DNA of 64,000 bases. It comes from Mycoplasmatota bacterium. Its GTDB lineage: Bacteria; Bacillota_I; Bacilli_A; MAG-NZ. The notes beneath the pieces were generated by a model. The model saw nothing but the letters and a program-made list of their open reading frames with translations, did not search any database and had not been told where the DNA came from. The stretch spans positions 434,001 to 498,000 of the forward strand of contig CP074575.1 in the NCBI GenBank assembly GCA_018394315.1, written 5' to 3'. Every line of letters begins with the position of its first letter. The stretch's first letter is position 1. The position numbers were made by a program, and so were the translations under genes. Of the stretch, positions 40,972 to 49,829 are shown one piece after another.

Positions 40972-42357
40972 ATGAAAAAATTTTCCCAAGCTAAAAGATT
41001 TTTAGTATTGCTTTTCGTCATCGTTTCTTTATTTACAATAACAGCTTGTTCCAATAATAATCCTCTAGAGGATACAGTAGATGACGCTATAGAAGAGAAT
41101 TTTCAAACATCTAATGATTCAGTATCTGATGATTTAGAATCTAGTTCTATATTAGAGTTTGATGAACTTAAAATTAAAATTGATAAGGAAAGGGCCATGG
41201 ACGTTATTCAATATTTAGAGGATGTTAGTCCAAGAATAGCTGGTCAAAATGGTGAGAAAGTTGCTGGTGAATATATTCTAGAAGAATTCAATAAACTAGG
41301 CTTCACATCTAATCTTGAAGAATTCCCAATGAAGTTGTTTAAAGCTAATGAATGTAATTTAAAAATTAATAAAGGCAATGATACATTCGAGTTAGAGAAT
41401 AATTGCTTAACATTTTCCTCTTCTACACCTAATGAAGGACTAGAAGAAATACCTCTTGTTGATGGATTGTCTGGTCGAATCTTGGATGTAAATGATATTG
41501 ATATGATGGGGAAAATCGCTGTTGTTAAAAGAGGATATATTTCCTTCAAAGAGAAGGTTATTAATTGCGCAGATAGAGGAGCAATAGCAGTTATAATTAT
41601 CAACTCAGAAGATGTTCCTTTAAATGCTACACTATTAGAAAAATCACCAATCCCTGCTGTTGCTGTAAGTCTTTCAGAAGGATTTAAAATAATGGATGCT
41701 ATGAGTAACGAAAACGTGAGTGTAGATTTACTAGTTGATACAACAATAGAGGATGGTATCTCTAATAATGTAATAGGATTAAAAAGTAGTAATAAAGAGG
41801 ACGCAAGAACTTTAATAATTGGTGCACATTACGACAGTGTAGATTGTCCTGGTGCAAACGATAATGCTTCTGGTGTTGCTGGATTAATGGAATTAGCTTA
41901 TGTATTAGAAGGTATTGATTTACCATTTAACATTCATTTTATGGCCTTTGGGTCTGAGGAAATAGGAAAAGTAGGTTCTACTTATTCTGTAAATAATAAT
42001 GCTTTTATAATAGAAAATAAGAATAATATAATTGGTATGATAAATATGGACATGATCGGCAAGGGAGAAAATTTTACAGTTTTAAAAGAAAAAGAGTATA
42101 CTGATGATACCATTTATAATTTAGCCACTAGTGCAGCGAGGGAATTAAATATTGTGCCAGTAAATTACTATAGTGGAAGAAGTGATCATGTTCCCTTTGA
42201 ATCAGCAGATATTCCTGTAGTATTCCTAACCTACTATCCACACGATCCAATCTATTATCATACAAAAAGGGACATCATTGATTCTATTGATTCTACATTA
42301 ATTGAAAACACCATTGAAGTAATTTTGAAAATGATAACAGACTTAGCAAACGAATAA
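40972..42357 (+). CDS. M28 aminopeptidase lipoprotein with PA domain (copy 2)
   Basis: ITAC lipobox; same motifs as copy 1; start 40972 after AAGGAG. Confidence 0.9.
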   Translation: MKKFSQAKRFLVLLFVIVSLFTITACSNNNPLEDTVDDAIEENFQTSNDSVSDDLESSSILEFDELKIKIDKERAMDVIQYLEDVSPRIAGQNGEKVAGEYILEEFNKLGFTSNLEEFPMKLFKANECNLKINKGNDTFELENNCLTFSSSTPNEGLEEIPLVDGLSGRILDVNDIDMMGKIAVVKRGYISFKEKVINCADRGAIAVIIINSEDVPLNATLLEKSPIPAVAVSLSEGFKIMDAMSNENVSVDLLVDTTIEDGISNNVIGLKSSNKEDARTLIIGAHYDSVDCPGANDNASGVAGLMELAYVLEGIDLPFNIHFMAFGSEEIGKVGSTYSVNNNAFIIENKNNIIGMINMDMIGKGENFTVLKEKEYTDDTIYNLATSAARELNIVPVNYYSGRSDHVPFESADIPVVFLTYYPHDPIYYHTKRDIIDSIDSTLIENTIEVILKMITDLANE

Positions 42358-42461
42358 TAAAATAATTAAATAAGCAGTGAGGGAGGTAAATTCCTCCCTC
42401 TTCGCATACACAGTTAACTCTAAAAAAGGATCCACTTTTTATATGAAATCCTTTTTTAGAG

Positions 42462-43319
42462 TTAATCCATTTTTATATTTTTAAATAATTTTAATGCATT
42501 TTTATAAAAAACATCATCCCAATGTTCTTTGGGTATCAATTCTTTTATAAATTCAATATAAGTTTCAATTCTTACTAAGGGCCAGTCAGAACCGAATAAA
42601 ATTTTTTTATAATTATTAGCGTATATTAATCCTCTCTTTATGTGATCTTTAAATAGTGGTTCTTCACTAAATTTTTTTACTACTTGCTTATTTCCAACTA
42701 TAAGTCCTGATAAGTCAGCATATACATTTGAGTTCTTAGATATTAGTTCTGCGGTTTCCATTATCCAAGGATCGCCAAAGTGAGCAACTATAAAATTAAC
42801 ATTTCTGTATTTCATTGCTAATTCATCGATTTCTAGTGGATGAGAATATTTAAGTAATCCTTTTTCTGAATATGTATCACCTGAGTGAATAACTACTGGA
42901 AGCTTATACTTTTCAGCTAATTTATAAACATCATCATATACTTCATCCCATACATGGTAATGATAGTAACCCGCGTATATTTTTATCCCCACCACGCGTT
43001 CACTTGAGATTGATTGTTCGAGATTCCTTAGCTCGAAAATCTTATTATTAATTAATTCATATGGATTAATACCAATGCATTCATATAAATCCTTGGGTAA
43101 CTCATCTAGATCTAGTAGCATAGGATTTTGCGATTCTCTATCAGGAAATCGTCCTGCATTAGTTTCAGTTAATCCCATGCCTATACCAGCTATAATATTC
43201 GAGTTAGAAAATTCTTGGTTAAGCCCTATGCGAGAATAATCAACATTGGACTTCTTCTTAGCTGTCTCTTTAAAAATCTCTATATTTGAAAAATGTATAT
43301 GTGCATCAATTACCTTCAT
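42462..43319 (-). CDS. Amidohydrolase_2 family metallohydrolase
   Basis: IDAHIH, PVVIHSG, AHFG, YADLSG, LFGSDWP. Confidence 0.9.
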   Translation of the reverse strand: MKVIDAHIHFSNIEIFKETAKKKSNVDYSRIGLNQEFSNSNIIAGIGMGLTETNAGRFPDRESQNPMLLDLDELPKDLYECIGINPYELINNKIFELRNLEQSISSERVVGIKIYAGYYHYHVWDEVYDDVYKLAEKYKLPVVIHSGDTYSEKGLLKYSHPLEIDELAMKYRNVNFIVAHFGDPWIMETAELISKNSNVYADLSGLIVGNKQVVKKFSEEPLFKDHIKRGLIYANNYKKILFGSDWPLVRIETYIEFIKELIPKEHWDDVFYKNALKLFKNIKMD

Positions 43320-43325
43320 ATTTAC

Positions 43326-46300
43326 CTACTTTAATTTAACATTTTTGAAATTTACTATCTCATTTTTAGTAAGATATTCATCACTAAAGATAATAAAGTC
43401 ATGCGGAGTAAACTTACTAGAATCACTTGGGATTGATAAATTATTACTAGAACATACTAAGTTTAAGTTAGTTTCACTCTCACCATAAACGTAATTATCT
43501 CCTGAATTATAGATTATCATTTTGCTTTTTCTTTCACCCTCACACATTAACATTCCTTTTTCTTTAACACTAACGTTGATATCTCCACACTTATATTTAA
43601 TTAATTCATTATCTCTTCTAATTACATATTTACTCTTGGCCATTTCATTATCAATATTTAATCCCATATTTCTAATAAATACTTTCTTTTCTAGGTAAGC
43701 GCCAGAGTTTTGAATAATCTTTGAAGTTGTAAGTAACACTTTTGCCCCAGGTAACATTAGATAGTAGTTTTCTATCTTAATTCCTTTGTTATTTTCATCT
43801 TTTTGAATATCTACTGTATTTTTTAGACCACTCCAAATATTATCAAAATTATCTTTAACTTCTACAAACTCGCAAGATATTTCTTCTAGAAGAATAGCAT
43901 TATCTTGCATACGATAAGGTCTTAAGTTAATTCCACCAACCCAAGGATTCCACCAAACTTTTTGACTAGGCGTTGGGAATGTTGAATCTAACCACTCTTC
44001 TCCATCATACTCAATAGAAAATAATGTATCAGAAAATTCTGGTGATGATTTAATTTTTATAACTCCGTTATCCACTGTATATATAGTTTTTTCATCAACA
44101 ATCTCTTTATCTGTTTTTATGTCATTATTATTAGTACTATATAAAATGAATTCCTTATTTTCAATACGGTCCTTTAATTCTAAATCTATTTTCACTTTCT
44201 CAGTATTAGATTTTGTTTTTATGTCTATCATTACTGAATTACTTTCAACATCTATTTGCTTGGAAACTCCATTAACCACTAGTTTCCCTTCGAAACTTGA
44301 TTTTCTATTGTTCTTTACTAAAACGTTATATTCATCTTTAACAAACGGATTCCCTTCATTAATAACATAATCAATTATGCCTACTTCTTTTCTCTCACCT
44401 GATTCATATTTTCCTAGAGCAAAATTCCTAAAATCTTTATAGTTCTTATGACCCAATGAAAGATATATTGGTTCTGATAAGAATACTTCACCACTGTCTA
44501 ACTCATTAATATCATTCTCGATAGTTAATCTCCAGTGATCAAACTTGATTTTATCCTTCTTACTCCAGCATAAACCGCTAGTAAATTCCTCATTGTTATG
44601 GAATATCCAGTTTTCATCTAATTTTTTATCATCATAATAATCCATCGAACTTCCGTCATTCCCTTTAATATGAACTATTTCATTTGCGTATGGAATATAT
44701 GTATCCCACATACGGTGATAAATACTTTTATTTAGTTTTAGATTTTTTCTTTTCTCTCCGGAATTTAAAATTTCATAATATGTTTCTAGCACCCCATTAG
44801 CATAAAGGTTACAAACTAATGTGAGTTTTAATCCTTTAAAGTCCCTTGAGTTGAAATTTAGCTTCATCTGGACAAAATCATTCTCTACTTTACAATCTAC
44901 AAGTTCAGGATCTAGTTTATTAAACTCAAGACTATAAGGTAGTCCTATTTTTACAGGTAAAAGTGCGTTATTTATGTCTGTTTTAGTTTCCCTTACTAAC
45001 AGTATATCTTTTTCAAAAGCATCAAATATAACAACATACTCTCCATTAACTATAACGTAATCTTCTTCAATTTTACCGTAATAACAACCTGATTTTCCTC
45101 TAAATATCCCTTGTACTTTTCTGCTGTAATTATTCTCATTTTTGTTTATCTTTATAGCAAAATCGATATTTTCTTCATACAAACCGAAACTTTTCAATTT
45201 ATATGTTAAAGGTATTGATTTTTTTTCTTTTGATTCTAGCTCTAACTTATTTGTTCCATCAAATATGATAAACTCATTACTCGGCATTTCAAAACTAATA
45301 CTTACATCTTGATCAAAACCATTTTCTATATCTAAGTAACATTCATATTCTACATTCAACTTATTACTATAATTCGGAACTGTTAATTTAGCCTTTATTG
45401 GAAATTTTGGTTCTACTCCTGTCTTAAACAGTGCCTCTTTACCATTAATTGTAATATTTGTTGCAACTGTTGGATGAGTTTTCCACATATTTTGTGCTTT
45501 GTTAACTTCACCAACATGGAAATCACCTTCAACAACAATTGAATCAGTTACCTCAAATGACTCATTTATATTGTATCGAATGTTCTTATCATCAAGTCCC
45601 TTTAGTTCTACCTTTAAGTCTTTACCACTTTTATTGAATATCTCATACACTATCTTATAATCATATCCAAGCACAAGGCCTTGTTTATCAATTGAAGTTC
45701 GAATTAAGTAATCATCAGTTTCTATTAATCTAAGGCCTCTACCTTTTCTCTCGAACTCCATTCGTAAGTTTATGTTATTTTTTTTCCATGAATATTCATA
45801 ATACTCAAAACCTTTTTCTTCTCTTCCATCTGTAGATAACTCAATCGGTCTTGTACTATCTTTGTACCAGTCTATTACATCAAAATAGTCCTTTACAGCC
45901 TCTGTTTTAAGCACGTATGGAATAAAATTCATTAAGTGAACTGAGTCATTTTTCTTTTCCCAAAAGAAACCACATTTTTTATATAGGGGTACTGCCTTAA
46001 TATTCCCTGACCATGTAAATAAGTCAAATCTAGGCCACTTAGATTTAATAGCATCTTTAAGTACCTTTAAAATCAACTTTTTACCAACTTGTTTACCATG
46101 AAAATCTGGCCTAACATTTAATAATGGCAAGTATGAAGCTCCTTCATCGAATCTATATTCTGAGAAACTACAATAACCTACTACTTCATCTTCTACAATT
46201 GCTAGATATGCTTTTAAGTCTCCAGAACTAGCTGCTGAAGCAATAATTTCTTCTTCTGTTTTAATAGTGTCATCATTCCCCCAACTTGATGCACTCTTAT

Positions 46301-46361
46301 TCCACATATCAGCTACTTTAGCTGCATAAGTGTCATTATATTCTACAATTCTAATCTCCAT
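43326..46361 (-). CDS. Very large GNAT family N-acetyltransferase (N-terminal GNAT plus about 850 aa uncharacterised)
   Basis: LLNVRPDFHGKQVGK acetyl-CoA motif, NIKAVPLYKKCGF; beta-rich remainder. Confidence 0.82.
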   Translation of the reverse strand: MEIRIVEYNDTYAAKVADMWNKSASSWGNDDTIKTEEEIIASAASSGDLKAYLAIVEDEVVGYCSFSEYRFDEGASYLPLLNVRPDFHGKQVGKKLILKVLKDAIKSKWPRFDLFTWSGNIKAVPLYKKCGFFWEKKNDSVHLMNFIPYVLKTEAVKDYFDVIDWYKDSTRPIELSTDGREEKGFEYYEYSWKKNNINLRMEFERKGRGLRLIETDDYLIRTSIDKQGLVLGYDYKIVYEIFNKSGKDLKVELKGLDDKNIRYNINESFEVTDSIVVEGDFHVGEVNKAQNMWKTHPTVATNITINGKEALFKTGVEPKFPIKAKLTVPNYSNKLNVEYECYLDIENGFDQDVSISFEMPSNEFIIFDGTNKLELESKEKKSIPLTYKLKSFGLYEENIDFAIKINKNENNYSRKVQGIFRGKSGCYYGKIEEDYVIVNGEYVVIFDAFEKDILLVRETKTDINNALLPVKIGLPYSLEFNKLDPELVDCKVENDFVQMKLNFNSRDFKGLKLTLVCNLYANGVLETYYEILNSGEKRKNLKLNKSIYHRMWDTYIPYANEIVHIKGNDGSSMDYYDDKKLDENWIFHNNEEFTSGLCWSKKDKIKFDHWRLTIENDINELDSGEVFLSEPIYLSLGHKNYKDFRNFALGKYESGERKEVGIIDYVINEGNPFVKDEYNVLVKNNRKSSFEGKLVVNGVSKQIDVESNSVMIDIKTKSNTEKVKIDLELKDRIENKEFILYSTNNNDIKTDKEIVDEKTIYTVDNGVIKIKSSPEFSDTLFSIEYDGEEWLDSTFPTPSQKVWWNPWVGGINLRPYRMQDNAILLEEISCEFVEVKDNFDNIWSGLKNTVDIQKDENNKGIKIENYYLMLPGAKVLLTTSKIIQNSGAYLEKKVFIRNMGLNIDNEMAKSKYVIRRDNELIKYKCGDINVSVKEKGMLMCEGERKSKMIIYNSGDNYVYGESETNLNLVCSSNNLSIPSDSSKFTPHDFIIFSDEYLTKNEIVNFKNVKLK

Positions 46362-46406
46362 TTCATCTACCTCATAAGATATATTATCTCTTTCTCTTGA
46401 TTTGGG

Positions 46407-46451
46407 CTAGATGAGAACACCTACCCATTCATCATTTCTTCTAACTATCAT
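46407..46451 (-). CDS. Putative 14-aa peptide MIVRRNDEWVGVLI
   Basis: GAAAGGAG RBS 7 nt upstream; first ORF after the leader terminator. Confidence 0.5.
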   Translation of the reverse strand: MIVRRNDEWVGVLI

Positions 46452-46502
46452 AATCTTTCTCCTTTCATATATTTATGTTTACAACTCATGTTGTAAACAT
46501 AT

Positions 46503-46680
46503 AAAAAAGGCCTATCACCACATAGTGATAGACCATAAAAAACACCTACAGTTCTTTCATTTTTGTGATAAAGAATATAATATTAATTTATTTCTTCCTT
46601 TTTATTAGACATATTCTTCACCTTAATCTTTCTGTAAATTATTTCCATTTATATAATATCATATATAACCCATTTGTAAA
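46503..46680 (-). promoter_or_regulatory. Leader-peptide attenuator of the GNAT-amidohydrolase operon
   Basis: TTTACA-N16-TATTAT with extended TG; uORF MSNKKEEIN 46612-46583 with AAGGTGA RBS; terminator GGTCTATCAC-TATGTG-GTGATAGGCC-T6. Confidence 0.68.
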
Positions 46681-46695
46681 ATATGAAACTGGGTT

Positions 46696-47196
46696 TTACT
46701 TTATATCTTCGTTTCTTTTATAATTTTGTTTATAGTTCTCTATTAACTTTATGGCATCTTCTTTCGAGTAATAATCTCCTACCTCAACTTTACCATCAAC
46801 TTGCAAATCTTTATAAGTTTTAAAGAAATGTTTGATTTCTCTTAATGTATGATTTTGTATATCGTCTATAGATGAAATATGAGTCAATCTAGGATCGTCA
46901 TTCACTATTGCAATTATTTTCTCATCCTTGTCCCCATTATCAATCATATCTAAAAATCCGACTACTCTTGCGTCAACCACACACCCCGGAAATGTTTTAG
47001 TGCTCGCAAGCACTAAAATATCCAGCGGGTCACCATCTAATGCTAGTGTTTCTTCAATATATCCATACTCTGCTGGATATGTCATAGGAGAATATAAAAC
47101 TCTATTTAATTTAATTCTATTCTTCTCTTTGTCAATTTCATATTTATTCATTGTATGCATAGGTATTTCTATTATAGCTTCAATTATATAATCCAT
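46696..47196 (-). CDS. ppa: Family I inorganic pyrophosphatase
   Basis: KYEID, YPAEYG, DGDPLD, DEKIIA, HFFKTYKDL. Confidence 0.95.
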   Translation of the reverse strand: MDYIIEAIIEIPMHTMNKYEIDKEKNRIKLNRVLYSPMTYPAEYGYIEETLALDGDPLDILVLASTKTFPGCVVDARVVGFLDMIDNGDKDEKIIAIVNDDPRLTHISSIDDIQNHTLREIKHFFKTYKDLQVDGKVEVGDYYSKEDAIKLIENYKQNYKRNEDIK

Positions 47197-47245
47197 TTAA
47201 TCCCCTCCATCTTAGCATTATAACAAATTTTCAACAAAAAAAAAA

Positions 47246-47309
47246 TGCGAGCTAGCAGTTATCATTTTGTAATTGGAAATAGTCTCCAAAGGACTTCTAA
47301 TAGCTCGCA
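47246..47309. ncRNA. Candidate small structured RNA (three-way junction)
   Basis: TGCGAGCTA...TAGCTCGCA closing stem around two inner hairpins; a long A-run on the plus strand gives a U-tail on the minus strand. Confidence 0.4.
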
Positions 47310-47450
47310 ATTATATTTTATCCAAAATATGTCTAACTATTCCAAAATTAAAGTAAAAATATTTACCCGCATTCTGCTAATATAGAAAAATGTCCTTTTT
47401 TGTGATAAGATAAATTAAAGCAATCCAAAAAATTGTATTGGAGGTATATC

Positions 47451-48056
47451 ATGGGTTTATTTTCAAAGAAAAAAGGTGAAATATTAATCTTAGACAACTT
47501 AGCATCTATGTTCGCAGAAAAAATGTCTGAAGATAATATCGAATTTACTATGGAGCCTAATGTACTTAACGATGGCTATACAAAGTTCATTTACAGTAAA
47601 GAAGATATTCCAAAAGTAAGAGTTTTGACAGATAGATATGGAATTACCAAACATTCTGATAGTATATCCGAGAAAAAAGAAAATAAAGTAATTAAGTTTC
47701 TTATGAAAGTATATTTTCTAGCAACAATATTCATAATATTCGCAATTATCTTTGCATATGTAATTGTTAACTATGGTGAGAATTGGGAATTTGTAAATAC
47801 CATATCCTTCTTAACTCCTGAATTACTTGAAGGAATTACTAGAATTGGGTTAAGAATATGGGTGTTTAATTTAGGACTAAGTATTTTAATCTCAGTGTTA
47901 ATTTATACTATCGAAGAAGAAATGAATTACACTACAAAAACTGGCGTGTACATTCTATTAATTAATTTAGTATTCTTTGTAGTGATTATTCTCATTCTAA
48001 GAAAGATACTACGTAAACAAGGAAGTCCATTAGGTGTGTTCGGAGGTGTGATATAA
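47451..48056 (+). CDS. Hypothetical membrane protein
   Basis: GGAGGT RBS; three TM segments in the C-terminal half. Confidence 0.65.
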   Translation: MGLFSKKKGEILILDNLASMFAEKMSEDNIEFTMEPNVLNDGYTKFIYSKEDIPKVRVLTDRYGITKHSDSISEKKENKVIKFLMKVYFLATIFIIFAIIFAYVIVNYGENWEFVNTISFLTPELLEGITRIGLRIWVFNLGLSILISVLIYTIEEEMNYTTKTGVYILLINLVFFVVIILILRKILRKQGSPLGVFGGVI

Positions 48057-48057
48057 T

Positions 48058-48456
48058 ATGAAGCAAATTATTAAGGTATATGCGATTATATCCGCACTTA
48101 TTTTATTTGTAATCTTATCATATTTTGCATTCTGGCCTGAAACATTCGCATCAGTATTAGAAAAGCTTGCTCAAATATACCAAAGTGGCGAAAAACTAAC
48201 AACAATCTATACATATGATTTAACGACATTAGAAAATGTACTAACGATGCTATTCAGTGCATATGCTATTAATATTCTTGTAAATATTATAGTATTAGCA
48301 TTAGCATACGTAACAGAAGATAAATTTAATGTACGAATCACTCTATATATACTAGCGATAAACTTAATATTCCTAGCTATTGCTTATTCAATAATCAAAT
48401 TACTTGCAGAAACAGGTGTAAAAGGAATAAGTAAGTTAGTCAGCAGAAGAAAATAA
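48058..48456 (+). CDS. Hypothetical membrane protein resembling the TM domain of the preceding gene
   Basis: KVY...YILAINLIF matches KVY...YILLINLVF. Confidence 0.65.
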   Translation: MKQIIKVYAIISALILFVILSYFAFWPETFASVLEKLAQIYQSGEKLTTIYTYDLTTLENVLTMLFSAYAINILVNIIVLALAYVTEDKFNVRITLYILAINLIFLAIAYSIIKLLAETGVKGISKLVSRRK

Positions 48457-48589
48457 TTAACAATAAGGATTGGAGTAGAAATACTCCTTTTTAATTCATT
48501 ATTATGTCGAATGATTAGTGAGAAACTAGTACTCTAGACAGATGATATAGTATATACTATAAGTAGATATCATCTGAGGAGGAATTACG

Positions 48590-48988
48590 ATGAATGAAAA
48601 AGTTAGTAAGATTATTAACTTAATTTTTACAAGTATTTTTATTGTGATCAGTGTAACGAGCACAGATATTCCACTTGCTTATATAGTATTATTCTCCGGT
48701 ATAACTTCTGTTGGATTATTTAGCAAATGCAAATGGGAGTATATGAGTGAAAAAGAAATAAAAACTAGCCTGTTTTTAAACGAGCTTAGATCACCAATAT
48801 TAGTACTAGGATTACTTTTAGTATATATAGATTTTTTACATATAAATATAATGCTTTTAACAATAGTAATATACGACATATCAACTGAAATATTTTTAAA
48901 AAAAGTTAGAGGAAGTGCTTTATCTTTAAATCTATGCAATAACAAAAGACACAATATTATTTATGAAGGTAAAAGCGATCTTAATTAA
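48590..48988 (+). CDS. Hypothetical membrane protein
   Basis: GAGGAGG RBS; hydrophobic segments. Confidence 0.55.
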   Translation: MNEKVSKIINLIFTSIFIVISVTSTDIPLAYIVLFSGITSVGLFSKCKWEYMSEKEIKTSLFLNELRSPILVLGLLLVYIDFLHINIMLLTIVIYDISTEIFLKKVRGSALSLNLCNNKRHNIIYEGKSDLN

Positions 48989-49022
48989 ATCTTAGTTAAA
49001 ATAAGATAGAAAGAGGTAATTA

Positions 49023-49829
49023 ATGAGTCAAGTAGTTAAGGATTATTATAATATGAATGCAAAAAACGAGTTTGAAAGACTAAATAACGGTTACTCAAAC
49101 GTTGAGTTCCAAAGTACAATGTACTTAATAGAGAAATATATCAAGAATTCTACTTGCCTCTTAGATTTAGGATCTGGACCGGGTAGATATTCAGTAGAGT
49201 TACTTAAAAAAGGTTATAACGTAACATTATTAGATTTATCTGATAAATCATTAGAGATAGCTAAAGAAAGAATTACTAGCCTAAGTTTAGCTGCTGATGA
49301 CTATATAGTATCTTCAGCAACAGAGATTATGTTTAAAGAGAATTCATTTGATGCTGTTCTATGCTTAGGTCCAATGTATCACCTACTTGATGAAAATGAT
49401 CGAGAAAAAGTATTGAGTGGTATAAGGAAGATACTTAAACCTGGTGGTACTGCTATTATCGCTTATATAAACTCATACGGTTTATTCAGATCATCAGTTA
49501 CTGAATTTCCTGAAGACTTTACAAGTGAAACATTAATCCAAGCAGTCAAGGGGAATATGAAACTATCTCAAGATGAAAGTTTTACCGAGACCTTTTTCAC
49601 AAATCCTAAATCCGCTCTAAAAGAGGTTAGTAATTCAGGACTAAAGATCATAACATATGCGGGAGCTGAGAGTTTTTTAAGCGGACTACATTATCAAATG
49701 AATGATCTTAAAGAAAGTAATCCTGATATATATAATAAATATATTGAACTAGCAAGCAAAAATTGTGAACTAGAACATTATAGAGAAACAACTGAGCATC
49801 TGTTGATAGTGGCTAGAAATGAACTTTAA
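49023..49829 (+). CDS. Class I SAM-dependent methyltransferase
   Basis: LDLGSGPGRY, FDAVLCLGPMYHL, LKPGG. Confidence 0.9.
   Translation: MSQVVKDYYNMNAKNEFERLNNGYSNVEFQSTMYLIEKYIKNSTCLLDLGSGPGRYSVELLKKGYNVTLLDLSDKSLEIAKERITSLSLAADDYIVSSATEIMFKENSFDAVLCLGPMYHLLDENDREKVLSGIRKILKPGGTAIIAYINSYGLFRSSVTEFPEDFTSETLIQAVKGNMKLSQDESFTETFFTNPKSALKEVSNSGLKIITYAGAESFLSGLHYQMNDLKESNPDIYNKYIELASKNCELEHYRETTEHLLIVARNEL

Noticed and set aside
42374..42416. GAGGGAGG/CCTCCCTC hairpin with TTCGCATAC...GTTA, resembling an attC or group II intron end
   Set aside because: No matching left arm, domain V, integrase or reverse transcriptase; best explained as a terminator
46411..46608. 65-aa plus-strand ORF
   Set aside because: No RBS; antisense to a well-formed minus-strand leader
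47246..47309. Fluoride or purine riboswitch, or hammerhead ribozyme, upstream of ppa
   Set aside because: Conserved core nucleotides of these classes are missing
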